DNA of 64,000 nucleotides from Promethearchaeota archaeon (GTDB taxonomy: Archaea; Asgardarchaeota; Lokiarchaeia; Sigyniarchaeales; SOKP01). How positions within the stretch are numbered: the first letter of the stretch is position 1; the number at the start of each line of letters is the position of its first letter. This document shows, in pieces, positions 9,596-18,814 of the stretch. The stretch is from positions 33,670 through 97,669 of the forward strand of contig JAHPZE010000016.1 in assembly GCA_019058365.1 (NCBI GenBank), written 5' to 3'. Below the pieces are notes generated by a model. The model was given only the letters and a program-made list of their open reading frames with translations. It searched no databases and was not told the DNA's origin. Both the position numbers and the translations under genes were made by a program.

Positions 9596-12460
9596 TCAAT
9601 TTTTTACCTCTATAAATACCTCAACAACTTTATTATCAATTTTTAATTTCTTTATATCTTCTTTACCTTCTAAATTTTGAATGATAATATCGGCTTGTAT
9701 CATCTTTTTAATTTTTTCTTCATGTTTTTCAAGAGCTTCTGAAATATCTTTATCAATTATTTTTAAATACAAAATAATTCGATTTTTCGTTGAGAGATTC
9801 AATTGTTTTCTATAATTATTTAAATGCCTAATCAAATTTCTAGCAATTCCTTCCAACCTTAACGTTGTTGTAATTTTGGTATCTAATTCTATTAAAATTT
9901 CAGACTCTTCTCCCTTTTCAATATTTACTTTTCTCACATTTATAGCTTCTGCTATAATATCTAAATATTTCTTTTCAAGATTTACTCCTTTTATTGTAAC
10001 CTTATTTAGAACCTGTCTAACTGGAATTTTAGAATTATCTCTTAATTCTAAGGATCTTTTTACTATTTCTCTTGTTAGTTCCATATTTTTTAGAACTTCG
10101 CTTTTAATCAATGTCTCATCAAATTCTGGCCAAAACTCTAAATGGACGGATTCAAAATTTATACTCCCTTGTTCTATCAATTTCTTGTATATTATCTCTG
10201 AAATAAAAGGAGTTAGAGGAGCTAAGAGTTTTGACAAATTATACAGCGTATACGACAGTGTATTCATCGCTGATAGTTTTTCATTTATAATCTCACTTTT
10301 AAATCGATTTCTACTGTGTTTGATGTACCACGTAGACAGATCCTCAATGAAATTGAAAAATAATCTACTTGTTTCTGCTGTGTCATAATCATTCATGAGT
10401 TGTGTAATATCCCGAATAAGTTTATTCAATAAACTGACAATCCATTGATCTAAAATATTATCTGAATGCGTTATATCCATAGTAATGTCATCAATATCAA
10501 TCAATGAATAGAACTTTAGAATATTAATTAACAATAAATTAAATCGTCGGTAAACCTGTTTTACAATTTCTTCTTTAAAATTTAAATCTTGTGCCCTCAT
10601 CAATTGGGATGACAAAAGATATACTCTTAAAGCATCAGCTCCATACTTTTCAATCATTACCTCTGGATTAGGGAAATTTCTTTTGGATTTTGCCATCTTC
10701 GTTCCATCTTCAGCAAGTATATTGCCATTTACAACTACATTTTTAAACGGAATATCATCAAATAATAAGACAGATATTACATGCATATAGTAAAACCACG
10801 CTCTAACCTGTCCAATATACTCAGAAACAAAATCACTTGGATAGTTATGCTTAAACCATTCCGAATTTTCAAATGGATAATGTTTTGCAGCATATGGCAT
10901 TGATCCTGATTCCAGCCAGCAATCAAAAACCTCTGGTACACGGGTCATTACTTTACTGCAACTGGGACATTTAAGATGGATCATATCAACTATATGTCTA
11001 TGAAGATCTAAATCATCGGGGACCTCTTCAATTGCATTTTCCTGCAATTCATTAATGGATCCAATGACTTTAATTTGTTTACATTCTTCACATTCCCAAA
11101 TGGGCATAGCTGTAGCCCAAAATCTATTTCGTGAAATACACCAATCAGGAGCGGTATTCACTATACTTTCATATCTTCTAGAAATCTCTTTAGGATACCA
11201 TTTGATCTTTTCATTAGTTTTTAGAAGCTTCTGTTTTATTTGCTGAATGTCTATAAACCAGGCATCAAGAGCATTATAAATTAATGGAGTATCACATCTA
11301 TAACAGAATGGATAAGAATGTGAGTAGTCTTCTGAACTAAATAATAGATTTCGTTGTTGCAAATCCACTAATACTTGTTTATCTACATCTTTAAACCATA
11401 ATCCAATCCAATTTCTTGGACCTTTGGCTAGATTGCCATGCTCATCAATGTGTTGAATTATAGGTAAATCATATTTCTTAATCATTTCATAATCAAATTC
11501 TCCATAAATTGCTATGTGTATAATTCCTGTTCCCTCATTAGATAATACCTCATCACCACCATCAATAACAAAATGCCCTTTTTTGTTGGTATCAAGAGAA
11601 ATTTGATATAAAGGCTTATATTCTATATTAAGTAGGTCTTTTCCTTTAAATTCATTAACAATTTCATAGTCTTTTTTGATTATATCCAGTTGGGTTTTTA
11701 TCAATATTAAATATTCATCATCCAGCTTTATCTTAACATAATCTTGCTCACTATTTACAGCTAAAGCTACATTTCCAATTAACGTCCAAGGCGTAGTAGT
11801 CCAAGCGAGAAAAAATGTCATTGATTCTTCATTCAATTTGAATTTTACTGTTATTGATTGTTCACTAATGTCTTTATAGCTATTATCCATCGAAATCTCG
11901 GAATTCGAAAGTGGTGTTTCACAACGAGGACAATAAAATAAAATTTTCTTACCTCTATACACTAAACCATCATTATATATTTTTTTAAAAATGTACCATA
12001 TGGTTTCCATATAAGTATTATCCATGGTTTTATAAGAATTATTGAACTCTATCCACTTACCCATTCGTTCAACGGTTTTTTTCCATTCATTTGTATACCA
12101 AAGCACTTTTGATCGACAGAATTCATTGAAATTATCTATACCCATTTCGTATATTTCATTTTTTTGCTTCAAATTAAGGGCTTCTTCACATATACTCTCT
12201 ATTGGCAAACCATGACAATCCCAGCCCCATCTTCTCTCACAATGATACCCTTTCATTGTCCAATATCTTGGAAATACATCCTTAGTTACAAAACTTAAAA
12301 TATGACCATAATGTGGCAATCCCGTTGCAAAAGGAGGTCCATCATAAAATATATATGGATTTTCCTTTGGTGTTTGTTCGACACTTTTTTCAAAAATCTT
12401 ATTATCTTTCCAAAATTGTATAAGTTCCTGTTCTTTTTCAATATATGAAATATTTAACAC
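9596..12460 (-). CDS. ileS: isoleucyl-tRNA synthetase (type 2, archaeal/eukaryote-like)
   Basis: DGPPFATGLPHYGH, GWDCHGLPIE, WTTTPWTL editing motif, WCISRNRFW, DCWLESGSMPY and KMAKS. Confidence 0.96.
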   Translation of the reverse strand: MLNISYIEKEQELIQFWKDNKIFEKSVEQTPKENPYIFYDGPPFATGLPHYGHILSFVTKDVFPRYWTMKGYHCERRWGWDCHGLPIESICEEALNLKQKNEIYEMGIDNFNEFCRSKVLWYTNEWKKTVERMGKWIEFNNSYKTMDNTYMETIWYIFKKIYNDGLVYRGKKILFYCPRCETPLSNSEISMDNSYKDISEQSITVKFKLNEESMTFFLAWTTTPWTLIGNVALAVNSEQDYVKIKLDDEYLILIKTQLDIIKKDYEIVNEFKGKDLLNIEYKPLYQISLDTNKKGHFVIDGGDEVLSNEGTGIIHIAIYGEFDYEMIKKYDLPIIQHIDEHGNLAKGPRNWIGLWFKDVDKQVLVDLQQRNLLFSSEDYSHSYPFCYRCDTPLIYNALDAWFIDIQQIKQKLLKTNEKIKWYPKEISRRYESIVNTAPDWCISRNRFWATAMPIWECEECKQIKVIGSINELQENAIEEVPDDLDLHRHIVDMIHLKCPSCSKVMTRVPEVFDCWLESGSMPYAAKHYPFENSEWFKHNYPSDFVSEYIGQVRAWFYYMHVISVLLFDDIPFKNVVVNGNILAEDGTKMAKSKRNFPNPEVMIEKYGADALRVYLLSSQLMRAQDLNFKEEIVKQVYRRFNLLLINILKFYSLIDIDDITMDITHSDNILDQWIVSLLNKLIRDITQLMNDYDTAETSRLFFNFIEDLSTWYIKHSRNRFKSEIINEKLSAMNTLSYTLYNLSKLLAPLTPFISEIIYKKLIEQGSINFESVHLEFWPEFDETLIKSEVLKNMELTREIVKRSLELRDNSKIPVRQVLNKVTIKGVNLEKKYLDIIAEAINVRKVNIEKGEESEILIELDTKITTTLRLEGIARNLIRHLNNYRKQLNLSTKNRIILYLKIIDKDISEALEKHEEKIKKMIQADIIIQNLEGKEDIKKLKIDNKVVEVFIEVKN

Positions 12461-12730
12461 CTAACTTGAGATTTTTTTATTATCATTAAATATTCTAACT
12501 TAAATACATTCTAAATAAAAATTGTTTAACATTAGGGAGATTATATCGCAATTCTAAGTTATTTTATTCATGAAGTAGGATGTGGAGTAAAGGTTACGAG
12601 AATTCACTTCACAAATAAATGAAGTTAGATAATAATAATCGCGGATATGATCTTTATCATATTTTGTGCAAAACCTAAGAATTTAGTATTTTTATTCATA
12701 ACATCCACATCCACGTTATATTTTAAATAT
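12461..12730 (-). promoter_or_regulatory. putative attenuator-like ileS leader (uORF, alternative stems, U-tract, upstream TATA-like box)
   Basis: Segments A (12625-12620, ACUUCA), B (12611-12606, UGAAGU) and C (12576-12571, ACUUCA). A 9-bp inverted repeat at 12704-12712/12578-12586. U-tract at ~12521-12513 and TTTAAAA at 12727-12721. Confidence 0.6.
12625..12699 (-). CDS. putative Ile-rich leader peptide (uORF) of ileS, MNKNTKFLGFAQNMIKIISAIIII*
   Basis: Translated by hand: ATG at 12699, TAA at 12627-12625. The last ten sense codons are ATA AAG ATC ATA TCC GCG ATT ATT ATT ATC. It is on the same strand as ileS and 164 nt upstream of its start. Confidence 0.75.
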   Translation of the reverse strand: MNKNTKFLGFAQNMIKIISAIIII

Positions 12731-12780
12731 AGTAAAATGATCTAAAAAATATTTCGGTATTTTCTAGATTTATATCATCA

Positions 12781-14784
12781 TTAATCTAAAAATATATAAT
12801 TATGAGCAATTTTCCTTTTGTCCCTTCCAGCAAGGATGTGAATATGTTTGATTGTTCTAAGTGAGTCCTTACTAAAATTATCAATTGGAATATAAACCAG
12901 TTCTCTATTTTTAATTCCAGCTAGTGAGTAGAAATATTTACGAGGTGGTTTATTTGCTACATAGGCTATGTACCTTTCTTTTGAATAAATAATTGCAGCC
13001 TTAAGTAAGCGGTCTGCTTTATTCTTAGTATCTTTGTATTCATAATCCATATGTGGGTCAAAAATGGATCTTAGAAATAGTGCTGGAAAGATTGATAATA
13101 ATCCTCCAACTTCTACATGCGTAATTCCTGGACCAATAACATAATCTCCAGGATTTGTTGAATAGAAAGCCATATCACTCTCCCTCTCATGTTCTGCCCA
13201 CCAAGTCAATTTGTACGGATATTTTTCTATTTCTCCATCATCCTTATCAAATATCACTATAATTGTATCAGTTTTACCTTGAATCTGTTGAATATTCTGC
13301 ACATAAATCTTCTTTTTAAAAGCCCAATTCCTAATAGTTTCCTTAATTGCAATTCCATCCATTAAGCTAGATTTGAATTCTTCTATTTTGATTCTCTGAT
13401 TTTTTAAATTTTTAATTGCTTTTTTTCTTATAAAAGCAAAGTAGTCTTCTTCTAAAATATCTTCAGGAGGCCAAGAAACTGTATAATCTTTACCTTCTTC
13501 CCATTTTTCTCGCCATTCACCTGGATATTTTTCTTGAGATTTTTCCTTTAATGGTAGGTTTTTTTCTTTTCCATACCCATAAGGATGATATCTTCTTAAT
13601 TTTATATACCGACCACTTGGATCATAACCACCTTCTATATTCATCTTCAATGTTTCATAATTATCACTTTCATCATCATAGGGATATTTTGTTGCTTTTT
13701 CCATAACTTTCCAAGCATAATCATCATCAATAATATTCTTTGAGGCAATTAACAATTGATACAAATTTGGTAATAATCTTTGTTCTGATAATGAGAGATT
13801 TCTTGAATATTGAAAAAGAGTTTTTAATTTATGAAGATCTACAAATTCCTTGTATTCCTCTTCATACTCATATTTAGATTTTAATAAGATCTTCCTAATA
13901 TGTTCAATCTTATTATAGGAATGCAGAATTTTATAAACTTCTTCGGGAGTTTCGATATTTTCTAATTTTTCTTTTGAGAACTTCTCTCGAAATTTTAACC
14001 ATTTATATGTATGATAGGGTAATTCTCCTAAAAGAAACCTGGCGTCAGAACCATTTATATTGTAAATTTTCACATATTTATGAGGAATTAAATCCAATTC
14101 CACATCTCGAACTTTTTTTGGATTGTCTAAATAATATTTCACGCTTTCCCAATGAGCCATACCAATAATAAGTAAAATCCTATGATATAATGGTGCCATC
14201 TTTAAAAGATGAGCTGCCATATATTTTTCTCTAAGAATATCTTTTTCAGTATAATCGTACTCTTTATCGAAATTTTCTTGATTTTTAAGAAAATCCTCTA
14301 AATTTGTCTTATCTTTAAGTTTATCTTTTTTATCCTTGAACTCTTCCGTAAAATGTTTTGATATTTGCAGATAAAACTTCTGAAGACCAATTTGATTAAT
14401 CGCGTAATCATCTGGAAACTTGAAACTTGGAGGCAAATACTCAGAGACAGACAGATCGATGAATTCGATTGGAATATTATGTTCGAGACCAATTCTTATA
14501 CCTTCTATTATAGAATCTCCTGGATCTATTGGAATGAAGTTTAACTTTTTAGGATTTAATGTATCAGCATATCCAATTAAAGATAAAAAAGGTAATCTTT
14601 CAATAGCCTCCATTACTTCATCTTGCATATTATTTGGCAATTCTACAGCAATTATATCCGGAAATACTTTAAATAACGCTGTACGTACCAATTTCGCAAA
14701 CTCTATACGCGAATGAAAAGTGGGAATAACGTAAATATTTTTAAATTTAATAAATGGATTCTCATCCATGTGAATCTTTATCAT
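12781..14784 (-). CDS. conserved hypothetical protein with TraB/ChaN-like N-terminal domain, partner of the MoxR ATPase
   Basis: PTFH...PDIIAVELP...REKYMAAHL...ILLIIGMAHW pattern. Overlaps the end of the upstream AAA gene. Confidence 0.55.
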   Translation of the reverse strand: MIKIHMDENPFIKFKNIYVIPTFHSRIEFAKLVRTALFKVFPDIIAVELPNNMQDEVMEAIERLPFLSLIGYADTLNPKKLNFIPIDPGDSIIEGIRIGLEHNIPIEFIDLSVSEYLPPSFKFPDDYAINQIGLQKFYLQISKHFTEEFKDKKDKLKDKTNLEDFLKNQENFDKEYDYTEKDILREKYMAAHLLKMAPLYHRILLIIGMAHWESVKYYLDNPKKVRDVELDLIPHKYVKIYNINGSDARFLLGELPYHTYKWLKFREKFSKEKLENIETPEEVYKILHSYNKIEHIRKILLKSKYEYEEEYKEFVDLHKLKTLFQYSRNLSLSEQRLLPNLYQLLIASKNIIDDDYAWKVMEKATKYPYDDESDNYETLKMNIEGGYDPSGRYIKLRRYHPYGYGKEKNLPLKEKSQEKYPGEWREKWEEGKDYTVSWPPEDILEEDYFAFIRKKAIKNLKNQRIKIEEFKSSLMDGIAIKETIRNWAFKKKIYVQNIQQIQGKTDTIIVIFDKDDGEIEKYPYKLTWWAEHERESDMAFYSTNPGDYVIGPGITHVEVGGLLSIFPALFLRSIFDPHMDYEYKDTKNKADRLLKAAIIYSKERYIAYVANKPPRKYFYSLAGIKNRELVYIPIDNFSKDSLRTIKHIHILAGRDKRKIAHNYIFLD

Positions 14785-15718
14785 TTTTTTTTACGAATTT
14801 ATCATAATAATCATTAACTTCATCAAGGTCTCTAAATACTTTAAATGAGATTGATTCACTTTGTTTTTTCAAAAACTCTTCATAATTTCCTGGTAAGTAC
14901 TTTAATGCAGCTTCTTCTAATATTTGAATTATGGCATTTTCTAATGTACTCTTTTCAATTATATCTTGATTTTCTTTAATCAACAACCTTGATTTAATAT
15001 AATATCTTAAGATATTAATCCCATCTCTAACAGTATAATCGTCATGCTTGTGAGCGTTCTGAAGGAAATTTGCGCAATATTCTAATATTTCCTCTGAAGC
15101 AAAGGGCAAATTGTACTTTAAAATTTTTAGTTCATCTATTTTATTCGGGAATTCTATTAAAATACGAGGATTCAATCTTGACATTATATATTCTGGGATT
15201 TCATATGTACTAGAATCAGCGTTCATAGTTATACATAACCGGAATTCCGGATGAGCATAAATTCTTACACCCGCAATAATACTTTCAACATATCGTCTTT
15301 TATCCATCAATGATGCTAATGACGCCCAACTTTTTTCACTCATCCTATTTCCCTCATCCAGTAAACATACCCCTCCTTTTACCATGGCAGACACTAAAGA
15401 ACTAGCAATATAAACTATTTTATTATCTGAAGCAATAACAGGACTGATTAGTAGATCTTCGGGGCGGGTATCCATTGTACATTGAAACATATATACATCT
15501 TTTCCTAATCTTTTTCCAGCAGCATAAGCAAGTGTCGTTTTGCCTATACCCGGCTTTCCTAGAATTCGAGGATTGAGGGGTAAATCATCTTTATCGACAA
15601 CCATCCATGCTGCTTTTAATTGGTTAATTAAATCATCATTTCCAACCCATTGCATATCAACATGAGCTGGTTCAGATAAAAGTAATTCTATATCTGAAAT
15701 TGTTACTTTCTCTGGCAC
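14762..15718 (-). CDS. MoxR-family AAA+ ATPase
   Basis: Walker A GKPGIGKT, QCTMDTRPEDL, Walker B LLDEGNR, HPEFRLCITMN, and an arginine finger in YIMSRL. Confidence 0.85.
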   Translation of the reverse strand: MPEKVTISDIELLLSEPAHVDMQWVGNDDLINQLKAAWMVVDKDDLPLNPRILGKPGIGKTTLAYAAGKRLGKDVYMFQCTMDTRPEDLLISPVIASDNKIVYIASSLVSAMVKGGVCLLDEGNRMSEKSWASLASLMDKRRYVESIIAGVRIYAHPEFRLCITMNADSSTYEIPEYIMSRLNPRILIEFPNKIDELKILKYNLPFASEEILEYCANFLQNAHKHDDYTVRDGINILRYYIKSRLLIKENQDIIEKSTLENAIIQILEEAALKYLPGNYEEFLKKQSESISFKVFRDLDEVNDYYDKFVKKNDKDSHG

Positions 15719-15897
15719 AATAATTCACATTCCTATATACTAATAATGGTTATAAAAGTTCACTATAATTAATTTTTCGAATTAAAATTGATATAATAAT
15801 TCGTTGCAAAAACATAAAAATCTCTTCTTTGGCTCAAATATAAAAGAAATGAATCTATCTTAACTATAACATATTAGAAAGGATTTATCGAGTAACG

Positions 15898-16449
15898 ATG
15901 TCTGGGGATCATCAAAAATATATTGTATTCAAAATAGCTCTTCTTGGGGATACTGCCGTCGGAAAAACCTCTCTGGTTGATATGTATACCCAACATCGAT
16001 TTAAAGAGGATTACAAACCGACTTTAGGAGTTTCAATATGTGTGAAAGAATTAACAAGCAAAAGAATAAATACTCAAATTCGATTGATCATTTGGGATAT
16101 TGCTGGTCAAGAAAAATATGTTTTGAGTAGAAAGATGTTTTTTCAAGGAGTTATGGGAGCCCTTCTTGTGTATGATATAACCAGGTATTCTACATTTGAA
16201 AATATTGAATCTAAATGGTTAATAGATTTAAATGAATATGGTGACCAAGATTTAGCTTATATTTTAATCGGAAATAAGATTGATTTAGAAGATTCAAAAG
16301 TGGTTGCATTTAAAGATGGTGAAAAGCTAGGTCAGAAAATTAATGCAAGTGCTTTTATTGAAACAAGTGCTAAATATGGTGAAAATGTAGAAAAAGCTTT
16401 TGAAAAATTAGTTTTTCAAATATTAAAGAATGAAGGAATTGAAACTTAA
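15898..16449 (+). CDS. Rab-like small GTPase
   Basis: GDTAVGKTS, PTLG, WDIAGQE, NKID, ETSAK. No C-terminal Cys. Confidence 0.93.
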   Translation: MSGDHQKYIVFKIALLGDTAVGKTSLVDMYTQHRFKEDYKPTLGVSICVKELTSKRINTQIRLIIWDIAGQEKYVLSRKMFFQGVMGALLVYDITRYSTFENIESKWLIDLNEYGDQDLAYILIGNKIDLEDSKVVAFKDGEKLGQKINASAFIETSAKYGENVEKAFEKLVFQILKNEGIET

Positions 16450-16465
16450 AAAAAGGTAAATAAAT

Positions 16466-16897
16466 ATGAAGAGTATCGAAACTAAAACTAAACGAGTTAT
16501 TATCGGAAAGATTGAACCTGATGAAGATTTAATAGATGCTATAATCGTCATAGTAAATAAACACAGAATTACCTCTGGATTGATTAATTGTATTGGAGCT
16601 TTAAAAAAATTCACAATTGGATATTTTGATATTGAATCTAGAAGATATTTAACTAAGACAATTGATGAGTATGTAGAATTGGTATCTTGTATGGGAAATA
16701 TATTCTTCAAGAATGGCGAACCAATAGTTCATTTACATTTCTCTATAGGAACAAGGGATTATAATATTATTGGAGGTCATTTACTCCAACCAAGTATAGT
16801 CTCAGTAACAGGCGAAGTTTGTATCTTAGAAATTGAAAAAAAGTTAGAAAGATCAAATGATATGAAATTTAATTTATCATTATTAGATTTGGAATGA
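16466..16897 (+). CDS. PPC/DUF296 domain protein
   Basis: CIGAL...ELVSCMGNI...PIVHLH...IIGGHL...TGEV signature. Confidence 0.88.
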   Translation: MKSIETKTKRVIIGKIEPDEDLIDAIIVIVNKHRITSGLINCIGALKKFTIGYFDIESRRYLTKTIDEYVELVSCMGNIFFKNGEPIVHLHFSIGTRDYNIIGGHLLQPSIVSVTGEVCILEIEKKLERSNDMKFNLSLLDLE

Positions 16898-16903
16898 TTT
16901 AAA

Positions 16904-17458
16904 ATGACAGAAAGAGATAAGAGGAAATGGGCAATTAAATTAACTGTATTAGGAGATCAAGCAGTAGGGAAAACCTCTTTAATTAAAAAATATGTTACTG
17001 GAGCTTTTGAAATGGATTATCATCCAACATTAGGAGTAGATATAACACTTAAAGATCTCGTTCTCGATGAGATTAATTCTGAGGTTCGCCTAATCTTGTG
17101 GGATATTGCTGGTCAAAATAAATATGAATTGACTAGAAAAATGTTTTTTCAAGGATGTGTTGGAGCTTTATTAATCTATGATGTGACAAGACCCTCAACT
17201 TTTAAAAATGTAACTGCGAAATGGTTAAATGACTTTAAACAATATGGACGCTCAAACGCAATATTTATTCTGATTGGGAATAAAGTAGATATGGAGGATT
17301 CAATAAAAGTACATTCTGAAGACGGAATAAAGTTATCCAAAGAGCTAAAGGCGATAGATTTTATTGAAACAAGTGCAAAATATGGTAAAAATGTTGAAAA
17401 AGCATTTGAAAAATTAGTTATGCATGTATTAAACAATCTTAGTGGAAAATCAAATTAA
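16904..17458 (+). CDS. Rab-like small GTPase
   Basis: GDQAVGKTS, WDIAGQN, NKVD, ETSAK. Confidence 0.93.
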   Translation: MTERDKRKWAIKLTVLGDQAVGKTSLIKKYVTGAFEMDYHPTLGVDITLKDLVLDEINSEVRLILWDIAGQNKYELTRKMFFQGCVGALLIYDVTRPSTFKNVTAKWLNDFKQYGRSNAIFILIGNKVDMEDSIKVHSEDGIKLSKELKAIDFIETSAKYGKNVEKAFEKLVMHVLNNLSGKSN

Positions 17459-17475
17459 AAAAAATTAAAACCGAA

Positions 17476-18042
17476 ATGATTGGAGATTATAAAGGAATTG
17501 TAAAAAATAAGGTTGTCATAGCACTACTCCAGGCATATCATGATATCCTTGATTATGATGGAATGAAATCAATTCTAAGAGAAGCAGAAATGATTTATCT
17601 AAAGGATATAGGAAACGAAAATCCTAATGATATAATAGATTATTTTTCTTTTAAAAAAATCATTTCTGCTCAAAATTGTTTATTATATGATTCTTCAAAA
17701 CTCCTCTATGAAATTGGTAAAAAAATGGCATTTTATTTATTCCCATTTGGTAAAAGTCTTGAAGAGATAATCAATGAAATTAATACTTCTATTATTACAG
17801 ATTGGAAAGTTGAAATTTTAGATAATAGTGAAAATGAAATAACCGTTCAAGTTGATAGGTGCATCTTCTGTTCTGAGATTGGAGTTCCTTGTGATTTATT
17901 TATTGGATTTTTAGTTCATTCATTACAGAAATCATTACCCTCAGAACAAATGGTTACATGCAAAAGAGAAAATGAAGATATAAACGATCCAACTCACAAT
18001 AGTTTTATTGTTAAATTAAAAATTGGGAAAAATATTAAATAA
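17476..18042 (+). CDS. V4R/H-NOX-fold protein
   Basis: LLYEIGKKMA...ITVQVDRCIFC.....CDLFIGFL pattern typical of V4R domains. Confidence 0.6.
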   Translation: MIGDYKGIVKNKVVIALLQAYHDILDYDGMKSILREAEMIYLKDIGNENPNDIIDYFSFKKIISAQNCLLYDSSKLLYEIGKKMAFYLFPFGKSLEEIINEINTSIITDWKVEILDNSENEITVQVDRCIFCSEIGVPCDLFIGFLVHSLQKSLPSEQMVTCKRENEDINDPTHNSFIVKLKIGKNIK

Positions 18043-18170
18043 TTTTTTGAAGAAGATAATATTAGTATAATTTATTGAAGAAATCCTTATATTTGTAATT
18101 AAAAAAATATCATATATCAAATTTGAAATAAAGTATTAAATATACTTACAACAAAATAATAAATTGCACA

Positions 18171-18725
18171 ATGACAAGAGAAGAAACTAGTGAATTACGT
18201 GAATTCGTTTTTAAAATAACTATTTTAGGAGATGCAGCAGTGGGCAAAACTTCATTGATTAGCCAATTTGTAGAAGGATCATTTCAAGAAGATTATAAAC
18301 CCACATTAGGAGCTAATATTGTACGAAAAGATGTAAATCTTGATAATGCAAGAGTCAGATTAATCATGTGGGATTTAGCTGGTCAAGAAAAATATCAAGT
18401 TGTTCGTAGTATGTACTTTCAAGGATGTCAGGGCGCTCTACTCGTTTATGACGTAACGCGCTATAATACATTAGATAATATTAATACGAAATGGTTAAGA
18501 GACTTTAAAAAACATGTAAAAAAGAAAGGAGCATTCATCTTAATAGGAAATAAAAGTGATTTAAAAGATCAGAGAGTAATACCTACAGAACGAGGACAAG
18601 AATTAGCTACTAAAATTAAAGCTAGCCATTTTATTGAAACAAGTGCAAAACTCGGAGAAAATATTGAAGAGGCTTTTTCTCTCCTAGTACATCAAATTTT
18701 AAGTGATCATGGGGTTAATCTTTAA
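18171..18725 (+). CDS. Rab-like small GTPase
   Basis: GDAAVGKTS, WDLAGQE, NKSD, ETSAK. Confidence 0.93.
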   Translation: MTREETSELREFVFKITILGDAAVGKTSLISQFVEGSFQEDYKPTLGANIVRKDVNLDNARVRLIMWDLAGQEKYQVVRSMYFQGCQGALLVYDVTRYNTLDNINTKWLRDFKKHVKKKGAFILIGNKSDLKDQRVIPTERGQELATKIKASHFIETSAKLGENIEEAFSLLVHQILSDHGVNL

Positions 18726-18814
18726 AAAATTTTAATAATCTCAAAAAACTCTTTTTTGTATCAGCATATTAACAAGCAGACTTTTTTAATATTTTACTAT
18801 AAAGAAAATTAATC

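Noticed and set aside
12454-12532. Further tiny uORFs near the ileS start (MLNNFYLECI*, and MIIKKSQVRC* overlapping the GTG)
   Set aside because: ORFs this short are expected by chance in AT-rich DNA and have no independent support. They are worth checking only if the main leader is confirmed.
12461-12780. T-box riboswitch upstream of ileS
   Set aside because: No UGGNACC T-box bulge and no stem I specifier-loop motifs. The Ile-codon uORF explains the leader better.
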